Source: Catajapyx aquilonaris (taxonomy: Eukaryota). Taken from it: a stretch of 41,157 nucleotides of DNA. Location: NCBI GenBank assembly GCA_000934665.2, contig KZ538040.1:124001-165157 (forward strand), read 5' to 3'. Shown here one piece after another: positions 1 to 12,965 of the stretch. The number at the start of each line of letters is the position of its first letter. The stretch's first letter is position 1. A program made the translations under genes and the position numbers. The notes under the pieces are model-generated. The model was given only the letters and a program-made list of their open reading frames with translations. It was not told the origin of the DNA and did not search any database.

Positions 1-210
1 ATAGTAATTAAAAGACCGTAGTAAAATGAAATAAACAATAAAAACAGACAAATAACTTAATAATAAAATAACAAACAAATGTATAATAAAATACAGTAAC
101 TAATAAATGAATAATAAAATAACTAATGAAATTGAACAAACAATGAATTATATAACAATAAAAATAACAAACAATAATAATTCACACCCGTAGCCTCTGC
201 GGTTCGTTCC

Positions 211-356
211 AGAGCTTTGGCAACGTCGCAAACGTTGGAGCCATTTTGTTCCTCCCAAGCGTAGTGTTGGAAATAAGTGCAGCACAGTGCACCCACTATT
301 CAGAGGGATTACCATCTCATTATTGATAATGCCAACCGTGCACTCTGCGCGAACTG
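211..356 (+). mobile_element. Core of dispersed MITE family X, copy A (no internal insert)
   Basis: Shares tggcaacgtcgcaaacgt...gttggaaataagtgcagc...agtgcacccac...cagag...ttacca...attgataatgccaacc.tgca..ctgcgcgaact with the copy at 31.8-32.5 kb. More diverged matches at 28.5 and 40.3-40.8 kb. Confidence 0.75.
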
Positions 357-559
357 GCGACCCTGAGAGTCGCAGGAGTGAGCAGAAAGGGAGGATGCGC
401 CATCTGTGTGAGGGGTTTGGTACGACGTGGACATTTTTGCACGAATAAGGCCTCTCATGCGAATACTTGGAATCTGAAACTTTTTTTCCATCAGACTTTT
501 TTTCCCTCCGGATTTCCCTACAGGTGTGAAGAGATCCCGTATTCACACCTTACCAGGCC

Positions 560-703
560 CGGCCATCCTCTCCGGAAGTAGGACTCCTGCATTTTTTAGC
601 CCCAGTAATTCGGCCATTTCGATTCCCACAAACTCCGTAAATCAGGAGGAACGTCGGGCCGAAAAGCCGTCTCCGGAGAGGCAGAGTTCCGGGAGGATAA
701 CCG
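560..703. mobile_element. Small degenerate element bounded by an inverted repeat
   Basis: ggccatcctctccggaa on the left versus ttccgggaggataacc on the right form an imperfect inverted repeat of about 16 bp. Confidence 0.35.
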
Positions 704-1899
704 TCTTGAGGGGGTAAAAAGGGCCGAAGGGGTCACGAAGGCCCTCTTCTACCATTTCTTCCACGACCAGACCAAACTGGCGAAGGCAGCAATAATCGCT
801 CGAAAAAAAAAGAAAAAGAAAAAAAGGGAAACTTATTTTCGATTCCGGACCACACCAGTTTTTCCAGCACTTCTGCCATAAAGCTGCGGGAAGTTTATCA
901 ACATTTCCTAGACGTGCGTACCTGACTCTCCTGTTCACATATTTATCTCCTAGATACGCCCAGTGGAAATGGCCACCGCAGGAGCTTCCGGAGCCTGCAA
1001 TTTCAAGATAGGGTTGGCCACCAGAAAGAGAGAGAGAGAGAGAAAAAAAAATCCGGGGGATCCGGACCAATCCGTTAAGCTTCTCACGGAGATGTGCGTG
1101 TGTTGCTGAATCGTGGGCTGAACTTGTGGCTGAACTTTTTTTTCCCCCCCTTCATCTTCTGCCTGGCTAAATAATAAGGAGTTGAGGGATTTTTGGCTGT
1201 ATAAGGCAGCTATTTCACTTTGTGTTTCCTCAACTTTCAACTCGGAAACGTTATTTGGTTTGATGAGTTTACATGGAGGGGGGAAAAAAAAGAAGGGGAG
1301 CTGAGTCGTAATGAGTACTTTTCTTAACTTTCAGAACACTTTGCAAAAGTTGGGTCCAGCTTACACACACACAGAAGGGGGAAAAAAAAGAAAAAAAAGG
1401 GGGGAACACAATTTCGAATGGAATCCCATGTCGCTGTTTGTTGCTGCACCAAATTGCCTGGCATTTCTAGGCTTTTCCCTTCCCCCTTCTAGCTTATATA
1501 GACCTATGTTCAGTCGAAACTCTAGAGTTAAGTGGCATGAAAGTGGCTTCGTGGGGCTCGGATCCGGGGATGTCTCATCTCAGCAGCAGGCCCCGTCTTC
1601 ATTCTTGGGAGGGATATGAAAATTAGGCCAGCTCAATTGCCCTCTCGGATTTTCCCTACAATTTAACCCTAAACCAGCCTGCTAATATTAACTTTTTTAA
1701 AAAAAAACTGGCTGCTCTATAAGACGTTGTTACTTAGCTGGATATATGGTGGAAAGTTGTCCCTGAATTTTTCACTTGCTTATAAACTATGTGCAAATTT
1801 ATAAACCGTCAATTTATTGCCTTAGATCCTCTTTTGGTTCGGTTTTTGGCATTTATCAGTTGTTGTATTGAACTTCTGCAATAGACAGCCTCAAAACAA

Positions 1900-2715
1900 A
1901 ATATCTGCCAGTATAGAAATAAATACATGTGGAGGTGAAATAATAAATAAGGAGGTGAAATAATGAGACAAATTTTCAAAGCACAATAAATGAATGTAAA
2001 ATAAAGCAAACAAGAAATTACATAAGCAGCTTAATAAATTAATAACTAAGCAAATAAAGGAATAACTCAAATATAATAATAAAAAAATAAAAAATATAAT
2101 ATATATAATATATAATATATAATATACATTATATATAATATATAATATATAATAATATAATAATAAAATATAATATATATAATATATAATAATATAATAA
2201 TACATATGGTATATAATATATAATATAATATATAATATATAATATATTATATATAATATAATATATAATATAATGTATATAATATATAATAATAATATAA
2301 TAATAAAAATAATAAGGCAAATATAAAACTAATAGGTTGATATAAAATAGACAAAGGAATGAATAATTTACTTGCTATACTTACTAATTTTTACAAAGGA
2401 ATAAATACAAAAATAAAAAAACAAAAATAAAAAAATTCATAAATAAATAACCAACTAAATACAAATAAATATCCAAATAAATGCACAATTATACAAATAA
2501 ATATAAATAATAAAAAAGAAATAATATATATAATGAATAACCACGTCAATATTAAATGAATTAACTGATATGACAATAAATGAATTAACTGGTATGACGA
2601 ATGAATTGATATGAAATAAATAAATAGGTAAATAAATATGAAATAAATAAATAAGTAAATAAATATGAAATAAATAAATAAGTAAATAAATATGAAATGG
2701 ATAAATAAATAGACA

Positions 2716-2763
<48 letters not shown>

Positions 2764-2766
2764 ATG
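1900..2766. repeat. AT-rich low-complexity block: (ATATA)n, 26-bp tandem units and a (TAAA)n microsatellite
   Basis: Near-pure A/T tract 2070-2320, tandem atatgaaataaataaataagtaaata units around 2610-2700, and (taaa)n around 2717-2765. Confidence 0.9.
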
Positions 2767-4399
2767 TGTTCGATCAATTAGAGTCGTAACACAGAGCGCG
2801 GCCATGTTTTTTCCCTCTCGCCTTCTTATCGGGGTAGAAGGGGTGGGGGGAGAAGAAGGGACGACTGAAAATCCAATCACAATGACACGTGGCGGAGCCG
2901 GGGAAAAACCATTCTCCCCGAATTCCTCCTAGGGATTTCGCTCTTTTTCTCTTTTCTTTCTTTCTTTTCATTCGGAGGCAAAGATAGTGATGGGAGAACA
3001 GCTCGCTTGAGGTTTGGGCCAGAATTCGCGATGACAAGTTTTAGGAATTGTCTGGCTTGCCGGTGACCTACAATCCTGGCGTGAATGCCAGATGACTTCT
3101 GGTTTCCCCTGCTGCACGGTTGTGGGTGGACCTCACACCCCCCTTTTTCATCACATCACCTTCTGCAATGCCAAACATGTTTCGCTTTCTGGATCCAACC
3201 GACAATATTGCGAACCAATTTCACAAACAGAATGCTCAAGTAGTTTCGCATCACTCTTTATTGTGTGGGAGATAAAGTCTGTGGGAAATCAAGTTATACT
3301 TCTAACACAACCATCCGGTGCATGTTTATGTTCATTAAAAATGTTATACTGGTTATGATCCGCAATAAAAGCCATTTTTGAAGGAAGAAAACAAGCTTCT
3401 CGCGTACTAAACCTGGTGGGATGCCATTTTGAATTAGGGTGGCATGGCTCTGCCCGAGAGGAAACAAAGTATCATCCCCATGACAGCCCAAGTTCATTAA
3501 ATATAATTACAAGACGCTAAAAACTGGTTATCTACTGCATGTTTCCTTTCATAAACCTTTCTGTGAGGGTCCATAACCGAGACATAGCGCACCCGACGAC
3601 TTTAAAGAGTCGTTCCTCCTGACCTCTCAAGCCTCATAATGAGCGGCTTTTGACTTTGTAAACTTTGCCGTTTATTACCCCATTAACGTTGTCTTTTCCT
3701 CCGGACTTGTTATTTTCTAAAAGTGGAGGAAAACCGCGCCTGCGAGTTTCCCCCCCTTACAACGTGTAGCCCAAGAGTATTATGACATTAAGACTCCATT
3801 TTAGTCGCCATATCGCGGATATCCTTGTCGTTATTATACACGCGAGGTAACATCACTTTGCACTCGCATTAATTACCTGACTTTATGTTCTGTGCTAGAT
3901 AAGATGCTCCTTTACATGATAATTCTGTCCTATCCAATCACAACTAACATGGCACGAGCAACACAGCAAAATAAAAGGCCTGTGCCCCAATTAGGCCACA
4001 CGTCATCCCTCTCTTCTGACCATTAATCAGATTTAGAGTGTGCCCATCTTCCGTATTGGGAATTTGCCATTCCGGGCATCGTCCCCCCCTCCCCCTTCCC
4101 CCTACCCATGGACCCAGGCTCCTTAGGCACGCCGACAGCAATCTAATCTGGGATTCGAATTCACATCGAAGCTGTGCAGCAGCACTTCTCCTTCTCTCCC
4201 CCAGCAGCATCCTCCTCTCGCCATCCCCACTTTTCCCCTGGATGATTTAGCTTCTGCTCTCTTGGTGCATGCTCAAGTTTCTCGTTGCCAGCTTTAAAGC
4301 CTGTGGGGAAGGAAAGGCTGCAACTTGGCTCCATATGGCACGCGTGTCTGGGGGTCACACGTGAGGTCATCTTAGTCGATGGGGGGGTTCACTCAAATT

Positions 4400-5010
4400 T
4401 AATGTATTATATTCAATATTACATCCTATCATATGGCATATAAGGTTCAGTACTTTAACAATAATTTTCAATATTTTGTTAATTATCATATTAAAGTTAA
4501 ATTATTAAAATTGGTTCTAATTTTAATAATTTACTAATTATTATATCAACCAGTTTTAATAATTTATTAATTGTTATACGAACTAATTGTAATAATTTAT
4601 TAATTAGCATATTAACCAATTTTAATAATAGATTTTAATAATTTTCACAGTACGGTTATTGTCACAATTTTTGTAATAAGTGTAATTCATTTTATAATTC
4701 ATTTAATATTTTTATAATCAATTTTTGTAAGTTTTTATATAATTTTAGTTCATTTTTGTATTTGGTAATTTATTTTAACAATTTATTTTAATTGATTGTA
4801 ATGTATAAATAAGTTATTTTCATAATTATTGTAATAATATCTAGTTTATCAATAAATGTAATAATTTATTTACTAACCTAATTATTTATTTATTTCATAT
4901 TAACTTTATAATTTATGATTTTTGTATTGGTGTACTTATTTTGATAATTTATTTTAAAATTTTGATACTTTTCATATATTTTTTAAACATTTTAAATATT
5001 TAATTTTGCA
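4400..5010. repeat. AT-rich low-complexity region
   Basis: Very low GC, with degenerate ttttaataattta units. Confidence 0.75.
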
Positions 5011-7580
5011 GTAACTATCTATTCCTGTACAATCGTGCCCTGTTTCTAGCTGAACGGTTTAGTCCACAGCAAAATTAGAACTCGGCTTGTTATGCTGGTC
5101 GGCCCACGTAAAAAGATAGCTGCGAATTGCTTGAACGTATTGCACATACCGCAATCAGATCCGGAAGTGTATAAACAGCCAAATAACGTGGCGGTATCAC
5201 AGGGCCGACCCGATCTTTTAACCCCTATAAAGCCATCGTTTCATGTAGGTCGCAACACATTACAGCCGAAGGGTTGTAAAAAAAACTCGTGGCTCTTGAC
5301 ACTATCAGGCGTTGTTGGTAGGGGTGCTCTGAATGGATAGTAGTAGTATCCTAGAGATAAAACCGGGCAAGTGCTTCGTGCCCAGACTGCTTCCAAATTC
5401 AACCAGGCAAGATACGCAGAGCGACAAGACACGCGATCCTTTCACCAATTTTAGACCAGACCGTGTCGGGATTTCGAACCATGCAGAAAATCCTGGCTTG
5501 CTGGCTCATTATGTTTTCTCAAGGCCAGTGCTGCTGAACGACATCTGTTGAAGGCCACTGCAGAGTTTCTTCCAAGGTCACTACTGCAGATCCTCCTTTT
5601 CCCTCCCGAGTTTGTTTCAAGGCGTCGTCGGAAGTGTCTCTAAAACCTTTCGGAGGCGCCTGGTTGGTAACAAACGGTCGGCGATAAAGGGCCGACGACA
5701 TCTCAGGACGGGAACAGGCAGCAAAAGTGTCCCTCCGGAGGAAATGTGGCGAGAATCGAGCCCTGACGACACACCACCACCTAGTCCATCTCATCCTCCT
5801 GCAAAACTTCCTCTTCCTCCAGAACCCCCTTCTTCTTCGTCTTTTTCCTCTTTTTTTTATGTCAACATTTCCTTGCCGCTGTCTCCTGACAAAATGCGAT
5901 CGTAAACTGTTACTGGCGTCTCCCCCCCGAATATCGCCAACTTTCCAAGAACCGGATTATTAGCCCAGATATGAGTGGCCTGAGGGGGCTGCTGTATGGA
6001 AGAGGAAACTCAATATCGCCTGCTTCCAACAGGCAGAAGAATAGGGAAATTTGCAAATGTGCTTAATTTTTATAAACAGTATCAGGCGCTTTTTATGTTG
6101 ACAAAACGTGAAAAAGAGCTGCAGGGCGACGAAACTGTCATGGTAGTACAATGCCTATCGCATAGATGGCGCAATGCTGTCATTGTCAGGGTCGTGTGGA
6201 GTAAAGTCTATCATTATCACCTCTGACAAACAGATGGAGATATACTCGTACATATAAGGGAAAGTTTATTTGCTTGTTTGTTTGTTACGTTGCCATGGGT
6301 TGACTGTTGTTGATTACATTACCACGGAAACAGTCCGTGCGAAGAACTGACTCCGCTGCTAGTGCATGATTCCTTTTTTTACACCGCTACAACGGCTAGT
6401 AACGGCTTAATAAAGCGGCTTATTATCACAATTTTAACAACTCACTTTCTGCATCGCAAATAAGGGGCAATATGGACGTGCAGGTCAGGGGGGTTAAACC
6501 TGTGAAATGGTCAACAAGTCGTGGTACTTCATTTAAACATAATTTTTACAGCTCCCATAACCCGTTAGCAACCGCTTAATAAATCAGGTCATTTTAATAA
6601 CTCAACGTGACAATTGGGGGGGGGGGGGGGGTCCNNNCCTGTAAGTTACAGCATGGCAAATAAGGAGGCTAATACGGTGGTGTGTTAAAGGTTCCCCAGG
6701 AAGGCTTAGGGAGTTAGTGTACACCATGGCTGACTACATTTTATATCGGGGACCCAACCTTCCCCTACTGATAGTCCATCTCTATGAGCTGCTCGCTCGT
6801 ATCGAAACCTATAAAAGTCCCCTAGGGTAGCATCCCCATCCCTCCCTCCCCCGCCTTCCCTCTCTCCTCTCCTTCCCCCTGTGCTGGCGGCCAATGACGG
6901 CTTGATTGCCCCGGAAAACGCGGCAACAAATCAGCGGGAGTGGCAACGTGGCCCTGCGAAGGAAAAGACATTCCTCTCGACAACCACTGGGCTTCTGGGC
7001 CTTCCTCTGCCTTTGGGGACACATATATTTCAGAGAGGCAGCAGCCCACTGTTGTCTGAACAGAAAATTGTCATCTATAGTTTATCTTGATTCCGGATGA
7101 AAATGTTTGAGAGTAAGCACGAACTGGAACGGACTGGAACGATTCAGACACGATATGGACACATTATGAAAATGGGCTAAGGAAGGGGAGAAATGAACTT
7201 TTGCGTTCCCTGGAGGAGCCCTTTGCGTTGGTGTATCTGTATGACTTCTCGGTGACCGCACCAGTACTGTCCGTTTTCTGGCCATGCCAGGCACGGCACA
7301 TCGCATTTGCTCCATTTTAACTGCGAGTGTCAGCAATCTGGTGTATGCGCTAACAGTGCTGTCCGACTTGTGCTCCGCAAGCCAACGAACGTTATAGTGG
7401 CTTTGCCAATTTGCCATAGTAATCCGTTGCCATTTTTACCTAAATTTTAAACATATGGCACTACGTCCTCATAGAGGAGGGAGTAGTGTTACCAACTTGT
7501 TCATTCTCGTGTCAAATAAATGTTTCGGACAAGCAACGATAAGCACTTTTGTAATGTATGACATTTTTGGTCTATTGCAG

Positions 7581-7748
7581 TAAATGGTGGGTGGTCAGCA
7601 TGGTCAGCTTGGAGCGAGTGCAGCAACCAATGCGTGAGGAGCTTCCAGAAAAGGACACGTCTGTGTACCAACCCTGCTCCTCTGAACGGAGGCAAGACCT
7701 GCGCTGGACCCGCGGTGCAAAAGGCTGATTGCAACAACGTCTGTCCCG
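7581..7748 (+). CDS. unc-5: Internal exon of UNC-5 family netrin receptor, first thrombospondin type-1 repeat (TSR1)
   Basis: Acceptor ttttggtctattgcag| and donor |gtaagt. 168 nt, phase 1-1. Translates (V)[55 protein letters not shown], with WxxWxxW, six Cys and the UNC5-typical [16 protein letters not shown] motif. Not in the supplied ORF track. Confidence 0.93.
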
Positions 7749-8217
7749 GTAAGTCCATTAGACCACGATAGATCACGTATCCCATAGGGACGGAGGAAAA
7801 AAAGGGGGGGGGGGCAACTAAACTTGATCGAGAGAGTTTGTGTGAGACTAAATCCGCTGTTAACATTCAAAGCGTGTAACCGCCCAAACATGACCAGATA
7901 AGACTAGTTACGATTTATTTTCCAAAGCGTATTTACACTAAAGGGAAATTGCGGTGAACAGAACTGCCCTAGTCCATTTGGCTCCCTGAGTCGTTAAAGA
8001 GCGCAGAGTAACACCATTCGCTTTATTTAGCCATCTGCGAGCCCGAAAAGGGCTCGTCAAGTTGGTACTCACTTACCCATAAAGAAAGGATCCAACTAGG
8101 GCTACGAACTTCAAAATGGCCGACACCAGGCGACTCAAAATGGCGGAAACAAGTAGTGGACCAAATAGCCGTTTCAAAATGGCGGTGGTAGGTTAAATGG
8201 GGGGCAATTGAAGAGGC

Positions 8218-8449
8218 GGATTCCAAAGTCCCCTATGTCCTTTTTTGTTGTTTTGAGAAATTTGAGTTATTATTGGTATCAATAACATGGGATTATATGG
8301 GATTTGAGAAAACTCTCTGATTTTTGCGCTTGGAGTTAGGGACATTTGGTCTGTTCTAACCTCGGGAGGAGGTGGGGAGTACCATAAGCTACCAATAGAT
8401 GCCATCAGCTCAGTTTTCATGAAAATGGACTTAGGGGACTTTGGAATCC
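8218..8449. mobile_element. MITE with terminal inverted repeats of about 23 bp
   Basis: ggattccaaagtcccctatgtcc versus ggacttaggggactttggaatcc (1 mismatch). The repeat extends imperfectly outward (caat..aagag / ctcttattg). Non-coding interior. Confidence 0.7.
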
Positions 8450-9386
8450 CACTCTTATTGCGCAGGGTGACCTTTTATGAGAGAGAACACGCACAGAAAC
8501 GCAAAAATTCGGTCGGATAGAGCTGAATAGTTGCTCAAAAATGGCTGCCACGTCACACCTCGATTTTGGAACAGTGCCGACCACGCAGACCGATTAGAAT
8601 TATAACCACCCTTTCCAAATGAGATCATTTGAACAGATATCCATAGATCCGTCTCCCCCCCTCCAGGCAAGAATATAGTTCCCCCCCCCCCTTTCCTCTC
8701 ATTAACTGCAATGGTCTCTGTCACAATGGCGGCTGTGACCCCCTTGGTCAATATTCAATTTACGAGGACTCCACCCACGTGAATCGTAGAAGGGGAGGTG
8801 TTAGGTTAGAGAGAGGGGGGAATGGAAATCAAAATGAATTCAACAGTGGCTTTAGTAGTGTACGGTTGACTTGGGCTCTGGATATAGTACACTTGTTGTT
8901 AGGTGGAGGGGAATAATATCGGTCGACATCTCTGGAACCTCGATTGTGAATGCTAATTAGGCCGCCTTTGTCACGGGATTGCTCACCATCCACGGGGCCT
9001 ATATTCATCAACCGGGATGGGAGGATCATTTGCGAACAAATGACCCCGGTCGACTACCGGAATTTTTTTTTTGGGGGGGGGGGGGAGGGGAAAGGAAAAT
9101 CGACGTTTGCTGCAAATTCGGGTCACGCCAAAGAGCTTGTTTTTTCTCTTTCGCCGCCAAATCTTCGGGATCGGCGGCTCGTAAAGTGTGTGTCTGAATG
9201 CTGAGTAGGTATTACCTGGCGGGTATACCACCCCCTGTGAAAAAATACGCTTACAATGGGTTGGAAGACGAATGGACTAAAAATGGCGGCCTACATGCGG
9301 CTTGCCTGACTCTTGAAATTTTAAATGGAAATGTGACCCGGAGTACATTCCCAAACATAATGGCCGGTATACTCAATGCACTAATT

Positions 9387-9569
9387 CAGTGGTTTTCAAA
9401 CTGAGGTACGCGAACACGATTTTGGAGGTAGGCCTATACGCGAAAGATATCGTGCAAGGGCGTGAACCATATTATTCTGCTTCAACAAGAATGAACCAAC
9501 TTCTGAGGAAAAAAAACACAAAATTGTCCTACTAATTCTCATCATTCCGTTTCATATGATTACGCATTA

Positions 9570-9637
<68 letters not shown>

Positions 9638-9678
9638 ATATATAGGGTATGCGACAAAAAAAAGTTTGGGAACCACTG
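9387..9678. mobile_element. Non-autonomous hAT (Buster/Charlie-type) MITE containing a (TTA)n microsatellite
   Basis: TIRs cagtggttttcaaact / agtttgggaaccactg. Flanking 8-bp TSD cactaatt (9379-9386) / cactaatc (9679-9686) with central TA, as known for Buster-family hATs. Confidence 0.88.
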
Positions 9679-10326
9679 CACTAATCGAATAACCGTACGA
9701 ATAATTAAAATTAGAATTAAAATGTCGCTAGTCATGTCACGAAAAATCATTGCCACATCATTTCGTTCCCATTCTTCCTTCACTCACGATGTCCATTGTT
9801 GCATACCACGCATGAAGTAAGCCTAATTTTCTTTTTAAAAAAATCATAACTCCTGGTGGCCGGCTAATTGTCCTGATGTGTAATCTTCCCTTAATTACTA
9901 CTGCTGGTCGTTCATCATTGAAACTTTGCTCTGGCTGATTAATAATTATTTGGCGATCAATTTCCGATTACCATATCGGGAGGGGCCCCCTACAACAAAA
10001 GGAGTATAGGGTTGATGGGGCAGCGGACAACAAAAAGGAAAGAGGCGGCCATCTTTTGAATTCTGATGCGTTGGGGGGTGGGGGGGGGGGGATCTCAAAG
10101 AAAGTTGATTATTTACCGCCCCTGTTTTTTCAATTAATATTCTGTCCCTAGAGTGCACTGCCACCAACTAATCCATCAAGCTGGTCTTCAATGATTCGTA
10201 ACGGCAACCGCTAAGTACCTCTGCAATTAATAAACCGACAAACTTTGCCTGTTATATTATGACGTACGGAGGCGTTTATCCAACCTGCAGGGAAACCGTA
10301 TATGTTAGGTTATATAATCTTAATTC

Positions 10327-10444
10327 CCAAGTAGCACGAATCGCCCTGGAAAATCCCATGGATATCCGAATATCCAGGGGAGATTCAATGGATATCTTGG
10401 GATATCCACGGGATTTTTCCAGGGCGATTCGTGAGCTACTTTGG
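10327..10444. mobile_element. Palindromic (fold-back) MITE-like element
   Basis: ccaagtagcacgaatcgccctggaaaatcccatggatatcc pairs with ggatatccacgggatttttccagggcgattcgtgagctactttgg. AT-rich flanks. Confidence 0.75.
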
Positions 10445-12613
10445 TTTATATTAAATATTAGTTTTATTAGTTTGTTATATTAGTTATATATAGGCTTTTT
10501 TTATCCCATGATGCCAACCCCCCAAACTGAAGTTGCTGTCATCACCTCTATGGTGTCTGTTGGCAAACCTGGCCTTTTTGACCGCTAAAAGTGATTGACG
10601 TCACACGCTCGAGTAACTCCTGGGCGTGAGGGTTAACTGAACGCACTCCCCATTTTTTTGAACCGGGCCTGACTAATCGATCAAAGAAGCGCCAACTCAA
10701 CCGTGGTGACTTCCTGTAGTGAGCAATCGATCACAACAACAAAAAAATATAAACCGCATATTCGCAAAAAAAAAAGTACCGCCTTCCAGTCTCCTCGATT
10801 ACATGTAATGTTAATGAGGCTGAATGCGGCCACTTGTATGCCAAGCCTGCTCCTTACCCCACTTACTACCCCTTCCTCCCCGGTTTCCAAAAAGAAAAAA
10901 AAAGAAAAATACTGACCAACTTTGAGATTGCGAACCCTTTTGGGGGGAAAGGACGAGTACCGCATAATGATATTGCAATTTTTTCGAGCCCAAAAAAGCA
11001 ACCTTAGGATCCGAGCCAAACATGTAAATATTAATATGACCCCCCCTCATGGCCTCTAGTTGTTGGCAAAAAAATATGAACGCAATTATGATTTGTGCTG
11101 CATATCCTTTGGACAGTTACGGTTCGTTTTCAAAATGGTTGCTAGGTCGAACAATTTGGCCTCTGGGGCGACGGAAATGAATCAGGGAGTATATGCAGAC
11201 GCCTCGAACTCGGTGCAAATAAGCTTAATTGTTGAGAGAGAGGGTGGGGGTGGGGAAGAGAGTGGCAAAGCAAGAATCGATAACGAGGTGGGTAATGAAC
11301 GGAATTAGGTGTGTGCTCGGTGTGTACGTGTCATGGATGGGGGGGAAAAGGCCTTTCTCTGTTGTATGGCGCTTTGGGGGTTTCCTTCAAGCCCGGAAAT
11401 TAGAATTTTTACAAAAAATAATAGGAGAGGAAACACCTGAAGTGTGGCATGGAGACCAATAATGATGTAGGTTGACCTAACTAGTGATTCACACCGTTAA
11501 GGCGAGACTATGTGCACGATGACTTATCACCAACGTGCATGTAGTACTACTTTCCCTCTGAGAGGGCAGTAGTGTGCAGAGAGTGTGCGCCACCTAGTAG
11601 TACGGCAGTGTTGCCAAGTTTTCAATATTGCGGATACACCCTACGACAATTCCATCACTAAAACTTGCTGACCTCATTTTTAAAGACAGTTTTCAGAATG
11701 TGAGCTACAATCTTGTACGTCATGTATTCCTACAAATTTTTTTTTAAAAAAAAGTTGATCTGAAGTGAAAGTTTCTCAAACTGTTGTCCTTGTTTTAATG
11801 TGGCATTAATCCGATCGCGTGTCAAAGAAACGGATAGATTAATGGAGACAACAGACGGGGGTAATCGAATGGAGAGTTTTCTAATGGAAGATGTCATTAT
11901 TCGAAATCTAGAAAAGTATGGGGTTAAAAAAAAGTTCGATTAGCATTTTTGAATATTTTGCTGAGATTGATAGGCTAGATTAGAGGCTTGATAGATTTGG
12001 AAATTGGTTCGGTTAAAAAGGATGCCATATTTTATAGCGTGTGTTTCAGATTTTTTTTTTGTTCGAACAGTTTGAACCGAATTTTGAATTATATCTGACG
12101 TGTACCGGTGTACGTAGACCACCTCATGTTCAGAGATATCATCATGCTTGTAGTCAGAACCATTTCCTGCTGTCTACGTTCCACGTGTGTGACAGACCTG
12201 TAACGAACAGAGTAGGCCTATACAGACAAGACATCTCCACCAAAAAAGGGAAACCACAGATGACACATTTTGCAAAGCGTTGTCACGAACATTTCACATA
12301 AGTTGACATTCAATCATGGGTGTGTTGCAAGTGTGTTCTGGCAGTCCTGCTGTTTCAAACTTTTTTTCTTCTTCTTCTTCTCCGTGACCTTTGATAATTC
12401 CGAGGGTGGACTGAATTCGTGAGAAAAATGTCCGCGTCTGAAAGCCTATATAAAATATGCATCGTCACGTCCGGTTTCTCCCCGTTTACTCAACATATGC
12501 AGTGGCACAAACAGTTATAAACTTATCAGGGTTCCAACATGGTTTCATTATCCTAAAAATTATTTTTTTAAACAAAAATTGGAATAACTGATTCAATTTC
12601 TTCAGTTCACATG

Positions 12614-12965
12614 ACTTACGAGTCTTACTTACGAGTCTTACTTACGAGTTTTACGTCTTATAAGACTCGTACGCACGTAAACTCGTAAGTATAAGACTCG
12701 TAAATACGTAAAACTCGTAAGTAAGACTCGTAAGTAAAACTCGTAAGTACACGTATAAGTACTTACGATTTTTACGTGTTTACTAGTCTTATATTTACGT
12801 GTTTTACGTGCGTACGACGGTACGAGACTACTTACGAGTCTTATACCTATACTTATGAGTCTTACGTACTTACGAGACTTATCTATACTTATGAGTCTTA
12901 CGTATTACGAGACTTACTTAAGAGTCTTACGTACTTACGAATCTCACGAACTTACGAATCTCACA
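12614..12965. repeat. CTTACGAGT-based satellite patch with internal orientation switches
   Basis: Tandem ttacgagtcttac units at 12614-12655 switch to reverse-complement gtaagactcgtaa units at 12660-12748, then to degenerate forward units up to about 12965. Confidence 0.85.

Noticed and set aside
1809..2777. Hydrophobic Y/I/F/L-rich ORFs
   Set aside because: Translations of AT-rich microsatellite DNA. Same for the poly-Ile ORF at 21904-22137.
6616..6640. N bases next to homopolymer G/C runs (also at 15003)
   Set aside because: Sequencing or assembly uncertainty, not biology.
8620..8641. tgagatcattt resembles the 5' end of the bantam miRNA
   Set aside because: Only about 11 nt match, the 3' half diverges, and there is no complementary upstream arm to form a precursor hairpin.
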